From the IMG/VR virus record IMGVR_UViG_3300037634_005747, positions 1-34,045 of that record: a DNA stretch of 34,045 nt, one strand, 5' to 3'. The notes beneath the pieces were generated by a model. That model was given only the letters and a program-made list of their open reading frames with translations, ran no database searches and was not told where the DNA came from. How positions within the stretch are numbered: position 1 is the first letter of the stretch; the number at the start of each line of letters is the position of its first letter. The position numbers and the translations under genes are program-made. Source of the stretch: a virus (Duplodnaviria; Caudoviricetes). Of this stretch, positions 26,287 through 34,045 are shown one piece after another.

Positions 26287-29200
26287 ATGGCAATATCAGA
26301 AGGCCGATTTCTAGAAGTTGAAAAACGAAAAGCTGCGTTTAAATACGTATTTAATCAACTACACACATCTGCTACATTAGATCCTGAGGGTGAAATTTTT
26401 GAAACAGGTCAATTAATATACGCAGAAGATATTATTAATGGTTCTGTTGCTCGTAACACTAATCCAGCTATAACTAACGAAAATACAGTATTTCCAGCTA
26501 GAATACGTACATGGGTAACTGGCAGCGCTAATACAGGCAATCCATATGATGATATTTGGGCCGGATCCTTTTCAGAATCAATATATGATACATCTGGAGC
26601 TAATCCTAACGTAGAAAAAGTTATAATGCCATTAATTAAATTGCAATTTAACAATAATCAGATGTATTTTGCTTATGGCCCTGATGATTATACTACAGAA
26701 TTTGCAGACGAATTTGGCACATACTCTGGAACAGATCCAGGTACTGGAGCTGATAGAAGTGAATATGATCGTGCAATTATTTCTGGTGATGCATTCGCAA
26801 ATGATAGCAAAAGATTAAAAAAATGGATCAATCCTTCAAGATTTGGATCTGGATATAGAGTATTTATAGTATTAGGAGGTAATCCAGATGCAACTACTGG
26901 CGGTGTAAAAGGATTTCCTAATAATAGTCAACCACTTTCAGAAGGAGGAAATAATTTTGCAGGAAATTCATATGGTGGTTGGCTATGGGATTATTCACAA
27001 GGAGCTTTATATATAGGAGCTGATGAAGATGCAAAACCTACTAACGATTCTCCAAGTGTTGATACTACTGGTGATGACACAAGTAACACAGAAAATGTTG
27101 ATATATCATCAAAGCAACATCCATTATGGGTAATAGGGTATCGTTATATTGGACCAACTGGTTCTGTGGCATTGGCAACTACCGCATCGTTTGCATTGAA
27201 CGCCGGCAATGCCGAATCAGCAGATTCAGCAGATTCAGCCGCGGCAGGAACAGCAGGAGCAACTCCAGTATTAACAGATATAACATCACCAAATTCCATT
27301 GATTATGATTGGTACACAAACAATGTTATGTTACCAACTGATAACGCAGATATATATGAATATAAGTCAGATGAAAATTTCTTAAAAATATCTGCTTCTA
27401 TCGGTGATCCTAATTTATTGATAAGAATGGGATCCACATCATTTGCAGACATCACATATACGGCAGGAACTGGTTACGAAACTAATGCTCAAATTAACGA
27501 TGGAAATATATTTTTATTTGATAATTCCGGACCAACATCATATCCAGCCTTATCAAGTTATGGTACATTTATAACACCCGAATATCCATCCCCAGACGCA
27601 TTTAATGCCATCGGCAGTGATCCTAATTCCATTTTTATGCCATGGACTACTCATAGTTTTGCATTCACATCACCAAAACTATTATCGCAAATTGAATTAT
27701 ATTATAGTGCTGATAATAATTCCGGACCAACTACATATTACAATCCAGTAACAAACACATCATTATCAGAATATCCTGATGATGCATTAAATCATATTGA
27801 CGGATACGAATTATATGGAAGTGTAGCCACAGACTCTGGATATGTATTAATTGCATCAGCAAGTAATTTAAGAGGCCAAGCTTGGATTTCTGGCTCTGTT
27901 CCAGGAACTTCTTATATACCTGGAAATAATTACATGCCAGAATTGGATGGCCAAGTTACTTCCGAAAAGTATATTTCAAAAGCCACATCTTCATTAATTA
28001 CAGATGCAACTAAATATCAATATTACCGATTATATGTGAGTGGTGGCGGATTACAACCCGCTGCGTATGACCGCGGCCGAGTTGTAGCACAGACATTGCA
28101 TCACGTTGATATAATAGAAAATAAATATTTAATTACCAATAGAAAACAGATTGACTTTGCTAGAAATACCGACCTTACCAATCAGGTAGCATTTCAAGGT
28201 GGACTTTTAACTGAATTTGATAAAATAGTATCTATGTCAGCTGCCAAGTTAGGATTAGTATCTATGTCAGAAGCCGGCCTAACAGTTTTTAAAGGAGGAG
28301 AAATTGATCGAACTTTATTTGGCGTATCTCCGATAAATGAACCATTACCTAATTTACAAAGCTTTGGTCAATTTACTGGTAGCTCGATACTCGCAAGTGG
28401 CGACATAACATCATCCGGTATTTATGCTCTAGGTAATTCGACTTTATCTGAACTCTCAGCTGACAATATAACAATTAATGAATCATTAACGATGAATCAA
28501 AATGCTAGTTTAGCAATTGGATCTTTACAATCGTTATATTTTACAAATAAAAAACAGGACGGAACTACCGGAACAGATGAATATTCAGCTCGTATATTTG
28601 GACATTATACCGATTACGGTGTAAGTGATATATATGTAGATGCTTATCGTATTTATAATATTGCTGATACTAAGATATTATTACGAACGTTGCATAAAGA
28701 CGGTATTATAGATTTAAATGCTACATCTGTACATTTAGGTAATTCATTAACTTCTAGTTTAAATCTTTCCGGGTCATTATATGTAAATAATCATTCTATT
28801 ATATCCGCATCATCCGGTACTGTATTTATTGCACCAAATAGTAATGTGCAATTTAAAACGCCAATTACTGCATCTGGAAATATAAGTGCAAGTGGAACAA
28901 TTTTAACAAATAATATTATATCAAATGGAATTACAGTTAATGGTACCAGTACATTATCCGGATCATTATTAATATCCGGATCAATAATTCCAGTTACCAA
29001 TGTAGATGAAAATGGTGATATTACATTAACATCATCATTTGACTTAGGAAGTTCAGCAGCGGCATGGAAAGATATACACGTATCTGATGGGACCATTAGA
29101 TTTTACGATGGCCAGAAAGAAGTAATTAACATGTCGTTGGATGAAGATAAGCGTATGCAATTTAAATCTGGTAGTGAATTTCGTACAATAAAAGCAGGTA

Positions 29201-29745
29201 GATTAGTCTTAACACCTTCCGGATCAACTACTCCAAATGTGCAATTGTCCGATCAAACCGATGTAGGATTTATCGCAGTAATGAGCGAAGCCGGCAAACA
29301 TGCAACAATTTTAAGAGCAGAAAATCAATCGTTAGGACCACTTTTAGGAAGAGATTATGTTGCAGGTACTTTAACTCAAAAAGGATCAGGCAGTTTTGCA
29401 ATATTATTAGATGCAGATGACACAAATCATAATCTTGCAAAATTTAGTGTTGAAAGTAATAGTGCTGTTGCTGGTTTTGCAACACGATTATTCTCAGTAA
29501 GTGAAAGTTTTGAAACACGTGTGCATGAAGGTGGGTTGAGAGCAGATAAATATGTTACAACGACTGATATAACTGCATCCATTATAAGTGCTAGCTCGAC
29601 AATTACTGCCAATTCATTTATTGGTACTTTTGCCGGAGCATTATCATCCTCTGCTCAAATTGCAACTGATATCTCCGGAGCATTTGACTCATTTTCAACT
29701 CGTATTACAACAGTAGAAACTACTATTGATGGAGGCTTATTTTAA
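26287..29745 (+). CDS. Multi-domain virion fibre/structural protein, 1152 aa
   Basis: AAAGGA SD and upstream ATATTTAT; N-domain with WINPSRFG, WLWDY and GYRYIG; central discoidin-like segment; fibre motifs ITASGNISASG and FDLGSSAAAWKDIHV; ends in IDGGLF. Confidence 0.75.
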   Translation: MAISEGRFLEVEKRKAAFKYVFNQLHTSATLDPEGEIFETGQLIYAEDIINGSVARNTNPAITNENTVFPARIRTWVTGSANTGNPYDDIWAGSFSESIYDTSGANPNVEKVIMPLIKLQFNNNQMYFAYGPDDYTTEFADEFGTYSGTDPGTGADRSEYDRAIISGDAFANDSKRLKKWINPSRFGSGYRVFIVLGGNPDATTGGVKGFPNNSQPLSEGGNNFAGNSYGGWLWDYSQGALYIGADEDAKPTNDSPSVDTTGDDTSNTENVDISSKQHPLWVIGYRYIGPTGSVALATTASFALNAGNAESADSADSAAAGTAGATPVLTDITSPNSIDYDWYTNNVMLPTDNADIYEYKSDENFLKISASIGDPNLLIRMGSTSFADITYTAGTGYETNAQINDGNIFLFDNSGPTSYPALSSYGTFITPEYPSPDAFNAIGSDPNSIFMPWTTHSFAFTSPKLLSQIELYYSADNNSGPTTYYNPVTNTSLSEYPDDALNHIDGYELYGSVATDSGYVLIASASNLRGQAWISGSVPGTSYIPGNNYMPELDGQVTSEKYISKATSSLITDATKYQYYRLYVSGGGLQPAAYDRGRVVAQTLHHVDIIENKYLITNRKQIDFARNTDLTNQVAFQGGLLTEFDKIVSMSAAKLGLVSMSEAGLTVFKGGEIDRTLFGVSPINEPLPNLQSFGQFTGSSILASGDITSSGIYALGNSTLSELSADNITINESLTMNQNASLAIGSLQSLYFTNKKQDGTTGTDEYSARIFGHYTDYGVSDIYVDAYRIYNIADTKILLRTLHKDGIIDLNATSVHLGNSLTSSLNLSGSLYVNNHSIISASSGTVFIAPNSNVQFKTPITASGNISASGTILTNNIISNGITVNGTSTLSGSLLISGSIIPVTNVDENGDITLTSSFDLGSSAAAWKDIHVSDGTIRFYDGQKEVINMSLDEDKRMQFKSGSEFRTIKAGRLVLTPSGSTTPNVQLSDQTDVGFIAVMSEAGKHATILRAENQSLGPLLGRDYVAGTLTQKGSGSFAILLDADDTNHNLAKFSVESNSAVAGFATRLFSVSESFETRVHEGGLRADKYVTTTDITASIISASSTITANSFIGTFAGALSSSAQIATDISGAFDSFSTRITTVETTIDGGLF

Positions 29746-31758
29746 ATGTCTCTAACTCAACTTAATTCTGCCGGTTTTGTGCCAGAAAGTAATATATTAA
29801 CCGGAAGTGCTACCGCCAGCGACACATTAAATATTACAAATATTGCACCAGAACAATTTATAAATTCATCTCCTCGTCAGACAAAAAGTACATGTATATT
29901 AAATGCAAACCAGCTTGGAACTCTATGGGCCAGCCACCCGGCCGTTACATCGAATTTTGGTGGAAGAGGAGCTAGATTTACAGAATCAATTGAAATAGCA
30001 GAACCAGTTTATACCGCAACTAAAACTGCTGACCTAAACGTAGGCTGGAATTACTTTGCATACATGTTACCGTACCCACAAGATCTGGAAACCACTTTAA
30101 GGAATTATATAGGAAGATATGATGCGGAAGAATATTCTGGTGGACCTCTAGCCCCCTTTTTTGGCGGCGATGCTACCGCAGCTTCAGCATCAATCCCGGA
30201 CAATGTTATTGATGTAGATGATGGTTGGAGTGATTACGCGTTACGTCCTGATGCAATTTGGGAATTTGATATACAAGGTACATTAATAAGAGTTAAAATC
30301 ACAGATTCAAGTTTTACAGTTGGACAAGAACTAACCTTATTACCAGGCACACCTCATGAATACATTGCATATGCACTACCCATACTCGAAACTGGATATG
30401 GTAATCCGATAGAATTTTATTTTTCAAGCAATAATTGCCTGAGGTCGTTAATAACATACCGATATATAATTTCAGATGAACAGCTGGGTATAGGCGTGAA
30501 TTTTGAATATAACTATATTTCCGGCCTTGCAAAAATAATTATGAAACAAAGAGGATCGGCTCATAATATTAATAAAATTAATATATATATACAACAAATT
30601 TATCATACATCTCCTTCATCGATTGATAATGGAATGATATCACCTGATCTTATTTTTACTTTAACTAATTCTGGTCAAAAAGCAAGCACAAATCTTACAC
30701 CGTCGTTTACATTTGAGTTTGGTGGCGGTAAAGAAAGTTCTATACAAGCCGGAGGATATATACCACCGTATATAGCAGATAATCAAAATGAAGATCCTCC
30801 ATGGCCTAATATTAATCAAGTTTCAGGTCAAAATGCGGATCCGCATGCGGAAGCTAAAGCCGCTGGTACTGGAGTTAATTCACATGTAACTATAATGAAA
30901 GACCATTTAGGTGCAGCTTATATTCCATATTGGGGATTCAATGGCATAGGTGATCTTGTTCCTGGATTTGCATACCAAGTTAAATTGAGATCTCGATTTA
31001 ATCTTCAACAATGGCCGGTAGGTATAAATAACATAGCACGTAATATAGCTTCAAACGTATATAGTGAGCGTCAGCATCATGTCTGGCGCTTTCCGTTATT
31101 ATCAACTGATAATAAAGCATTGGAACATGATCTTACCGCGTATATCAAAGCCATGGATGATGTTCGTATAAATTTACCTTTAGCTTGGAGTTTCTTTGGA
31201 TATAATCGTATACATGATGCACCTACTGATCTAATAGATCAGCTCCGTCATTGCACTTACCGTAGTATTGCTTCACATGACGGCGGCTTTGCCAAAGAAA
31301 TAAATCATAAACCAACATCCATGTCAGGAACAATTAACCTTTTTAACGGATTCAATCAAGTATTAGGCACAGATGTAAATTTTCCAGATCATTATGAGGA
31401 AGGTGATACAATTAAATATGATGTTGAAGGGGTCAAATATACTAATACCATTACAGCTGTAAGCTTAGGTAGTATGAATATGCAAAACAATCATACAGGT
31501 GCAACTGGCGAAACAGAATTTTATTATAAAGATCAAGAAGTTACAGATGCTGATATAACGGATAGTGTTATTATAGTGAAAAATAATGCTGGTGGTGCTT
31601 ATGTACCAGAATGGGATTTTGATGGCATTGGTCTGTTAGCAGCTGGTGAAGGTTTACAAATAAAAACTTCCGAAGCCATTACCGGCTTTGCATTTTCACC
31701 ACATTCCAATGTTAATATAGGCGGTGAATCAGAATTTAATGATATTAGTTCCGGTTGA
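29746..31758 (+). CDS. Putative virion surface protein with two interrupted copies of a GWN...K...G.AY.P.W.F.GIG.L domain, 670 aa
   Basis: IMKDHLGAAYIPYWGFNGIGDLVPGFAYQVK and IVKNNAGGAYVPEWDFDGIGLLAAGEGLQIK; GGAGG SD; abuts the upstream stop. Confidence 0.7.
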   Translation: MSLTQLNSAGFVPESNILTGSATASDTLNITNIAPEQFINSSPRQTKSTCILNANQLGTLWASHPAVTSNFGGRGARFTESIEIAEPVYTATKTADLNVGWNYFAYMLPYPQDLETTLRNYIGRYDAEEYSGGPLAPFFGGDATAASASIPDNVIDVDDGWSDYALRPDAIWEFDIQGTLIRVKITDSSFTVGQELTLLPGTPHEYIAYALPILETGYGNPIEFYFSSNNCLRSLITYRYIISDEQLGIGVNFEYNYISGLAKIIMKQRGSAHNINKINIYIQQIYHTSPSSIDNGMISPDLIFTLTNSGQKASTNLTPSFTFEFGGGKESSIQAGGYIPPYIADNQNEDPPWPNINQVSGQNADPHAEAKAAGTGVNSHVTIMKDHLGAAYIPYWGFNGIGDLVPGFAYQVKLRSRFNLQQWPVGINNIARNIASNVYSERQHHVWRFPLLSTDNKALEHDLTAYIKAMDDVRINLPLAWSFFGYNRIHDAPTDLIDQLRHCTYRSIASHDGGFAKEINHKPTSMSGTINLFNGFNQVLGTDVNFPDHYEEGDTIKYDVEGVKYTNTITAVSLGSMNMQNNHTGATGETEFYYKDQEVTDADITDSVIIVKNNAGGAYVPEWDFDGIGLLAAGEGLQIKTSEAITGFAFSPHSNVNIGGESEFNDISSG

Positions 31759-31759
31759 T

Positions 31760-31767
31760 ATATTTAT
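31760..31767 (+). promoter_or_regulatory. Putative late promoter motif ATATTTAT
   Basis: In the 25-nt gap before the ATG at 31784. Confidence 0.6.
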
Positions 31768-31783
31768 ATAAAATAGCAAGTAT

Positions 31784-32749
31784 ATGGCACAGACAATACA
31801 AATAAAACGAGGTACAGGCTCCGCAATCCCATCTAATTTAGCAGACGGAGAACTGGCAATTAATTTAGACTCCGGGCAATTATATTATGGTTCCGGCTCG
31901 GCTAGTATAAGCCATTTTCGATTTAAAGATATAACCGCGGAAACATATACCGTATCGTCTTCTGTAACCAATTTAATTACTCAAACATCTTCCGGATCCA
32001 CATCATTTGGAAACTCCGGAGGAGATAAACATTCGTTTATAGGAAGTATGGTGGTTACTGGTAGTATAACCATTGATGAAAACAATTTTATAAGTTCTTC
32101 TGGTGATATTATATCCAGTCAGACTATTACAATGCAAACTGCATCAATAGGCGGCGGCATATTTACTTCCGCTTCATTAGCATCTGCAGTTGCCATGGAT
32201 TTATCTGCATATGCACAAATAACCAATGTTGTTGCAAATTCTGCAACAGCATCATTTTTAGTCCCAGCTGATACCGCATCATTTTTAGTCCCAACTGATA
32301 CCGCATCATTTTTAGTCCCAACTGATACTGCATCATTTTTAACTTCAATACCAGCTGGTACGATATCTGCGTCGGCTCAGATATCTACAGATATCTCAGG
32401 AGCATTTAATGGCCAAACCAGTTCATTTATAACTAATTCTCAAACTGGTTCATTTATAACTAATTCTCAAACTGCATCATTTATAATTAATTCTCAAACC
32501 AGTTCGTTTTTAACAATCGGAAGTGATGCCACATTTGATAATATAACTGCTACAGGTAATATTACAGCTAAAAATTATATAATTTCATCATCAGTTACTC
32601 ATATAACAACCCAAACACTTTCAGGTTCGACCCAATTTGGTGATTCATCAGATGATGTTCATCATTTTACTGGTAACATAAGTGCATCTGGATATATAAG
32701 TGCAAGTGGTAATATACTTTTTAATAAAATAAGTGGAGGCACATTCTAA
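31784..32749 (+). CDS. Tail-fibre-like protein with a T4 gp37-like N-terminal motif and 9-aa repeats, 321 aa
   Basis: IQIKRGTGSAIPSNLADGELAINLD resembles the T4 long-tail-fibre gp37 N-terminus (IQFKRS...LAEGELAINL); PTDTASFLV and NSQTASFI repeats. Confidence 0.75.
   Translation: MAQTIQIKRGTGSAIPSNLADGELAINLDSGQLYYGSGSASISHFRFKDITAETYTVSSSVTNLITQTSSGSTSFGNSGGDKHSFIGSMVVTGSITIDENNFISSSGDIISSQTITMQTASIGGGIFTSASLASAVAMDLSAYAQITNVVANSATASFLVPADTASFLVPTDTASFLVPTDTASFLTSIPAGTISASAQISTDISGAFNGQTSSFITNSQTGSFITNSQTASFIINSQTSSFLTIGSDATFDNITATGNITAKNYIISSSVTHITTQTLSGSTQFGDSSDDVHHFTGNISASGYISASGNILFNKISGGTF
32237..32515 (+). repeat. Two blocks of four 27-bp coding repeats (32237-32344 and 32408-32515)
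   Basis: ccaactgataccgcatcatttttagtc-type and aattctcaaactggttcatttataact-type units, the same family as 10897-11112. Confidence 0.92.
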
Positions 32750-34045
32750 TGGGCATAATTCAATTAAAATACGGGACCGGTTCAGCAGTTCCAAGTAGTT
32801 TACAAAATGGCGAATTTGCTATTAACGTTGATACAAATCAGTTATGGTTCGGTTCCGGATCATCACCTGTTAGTAAATTACGTTTAAGCGAAGTAACAGC
32901 CTCAGGTGATATAAGTGCAAGTGGTACTATAGTTGCACAAAATTTTGCAACACCTGGCAAGATTCATCTTAATTCAAATGTTATAAATACAGGTGGTGAT
33001 TATATAGAATATAACAATGGTGGTTTCTTCTATAAAGGTAAAGGCGATTTCCATCAAAATTTAGAAGTTGGTACTACATTATTAGTTAATAGTCATATAA
33101 CTGCTTCAGGTGATATAAGTTCAAGTGCATATATTTATGGTGATAGATACTATTCTAATGGTCAAGTTGCATTAAATAATGATGGTACTTCAATAGTACT
33201 AGGTAATCATAATACTTATCCTATTAGAATTGGAAAACAGGTCAATCCTATTTCAATAATGGGTCACATAACAGCTTCGGGTAATATAAGTGCAAGTGGT
33301 ACAGTAACAAGTCTCACAGGTTCATTCAACCAATTAAGTGTAACATCTACGGGAGACACAGCTTCACCACCTTTGGATGGTCATTTATTTAGAATAACAG
33401 ACACTTCAAATAACAATCCGGATATTGACCATTTCTTTGTTGAAAATGATGCTTTAACTTATGGAATGCGTTGGCATTATGATGGTGGTGATAATGATTT
33501 TAGTTTATATAGACATAATAATAGTTCAGTAGGTGAAAAAATATTAGAGTTCAGTCGGACTAGTAATAATTCAACATTCTATGGAGATACATATATTTCG
33601 TCAACTAGCAAACTATATTGCAATGGTACGCAGGTAGCATATGGAGACGGTACAGGGGTGGTAATAGGCCAATCAAACCGACCACTGACTATAGATGGTA
33701 CAAATTTGTTTGTCGATTCCAGTATAACAGCCTCAGGTAATATATGTGCAACCGGGAATATTTTAGCAGGCTGGAATGGGTCCAAATCAAGAATAAAAAT
33801 ATTAGCAAGGGACTTTATACCTGATGATGCAGGTAGACCCGCAATGATTGATGATACAGGCAGTGATAGATGGCTAGAGTCCCATGGTACTGCTAAATTA
33901 TTTGCTTCCATCCCAATCCCAACAGGATTTAAAGCAACGCATGTAAATATATATGGAAGTGCGACATCGGCAATAACGGTATATGAAGCAGACATCAATA
34001 GTAAGACAGTAACAAGTAAAGGTACGGGAAATATTGGCACAGAAA
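32749..34045 (+). CDS. Tail-fibre-like protein, 3' truncated by the window end and absent from the ORF track
   Basis: TAATG overlap and GGAGG SD. Reads MGIIQLKYGTGSAVPSSLQNGEFAINVDTNQLWFGSGS, paralogous to the 31784 N-terminus. Four TASG.I...-type modules; the frame stays open to the end of the window. Confidence 0.85.
   Translation, partial: MGIIQLKYGTGSAVPSSLQNGEFAINVDTNQLWFGSGSSPVSKLRLSEVTASGDISASGTIVAQNFATPGKIHLNSNVINTGGDYIEYNNGGFFYKGKGDFHQNLEVGTTLLVNSHITASGDISSSAYIYGDRYYSNGQVALNNDGTSIVLGNHNTYPIRIGKQVNPISIMGHITASGNISASGTVTSLTGSFNQLSVTSTGDTASPPLDGHLFRITDTSNNNPDIDHFFVENDALTYGMRWHYDGGDNDFSLYRHNNSSVGEKILEFSRTSNNSTFYGDTYISSTSKLYCNGTQVAYGDGTGVVIGQSNRPLTIDGTNLFVDSSITASGNICATGNILAGWNGSKSRIKILARDFIPDDAGRPAMIDDTGSDRWLESHGTAKLFASIPIPTGFKATHVNIYGSATSAITVYEADINSKTVTSKGTGNIGTE

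Noticed and set aside
302-34040. Minus-strand ORFs and short alternative-frame + ORFs in the track (for example 11583-12125, 20775-21176, 33579-34040, 18566-18763, 21548-21748)
   Set aside because: All overlap long, motif-supported + strand genes and read as antisense or frame shadows of Ser/Thr-rich codons. The recurring ones simply mirror the repeats.
1-34045. Stop-codon reassignment (alternative genetic code)
   Set aside because: Genes are full length in code 11, including a 12.4-kb ORF, and TAA, TAG and TGA all end genes at sensible boundaries.

Overview
AT-rich, gene-dense window of a large T4-like (myovirus-type head) dsDNA phage, with all credible genes on the + strand. Bases 1-9478 are the head module: 3' end of the large terminase, gp20-like portal, several small head-associated ORFs, gp21-like prohead protease, a phage-encoded ribosomal protein bS21, gp22-like scaffold, gp23-like major capsid protein and PhoH. 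From 10375 to the end lies a block of Ser/Thr/Gly-rich virion fibre or decoration genes built from shared modules, including a 4139-aa protein with about 16 internal repeats of roughly 170-180 aa. bS21 among head genes matches the known bS21-encoding phages thought to infect Bacteroidota; that host call is an inference. Main leads: (1) bS21 sits in its own SD-less cassette with a different promoter and a terminator, among late genes that mostly carry Shine-Dalgarno sites, which suggests a translational switch. (2) A [S/T]-[G/A/S]-S motif pervades the predicted surface proteins, possibly a virion glycosylation signal. (3) A three-hairpin leader precedes the scaffold/capsid operon. (4) An ATATTTAT putative late promoter recurs. 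(5) The giant gene shows patchwork recombination between repeats. Family assignments come from recognised motifs and synteny; no searches were run.
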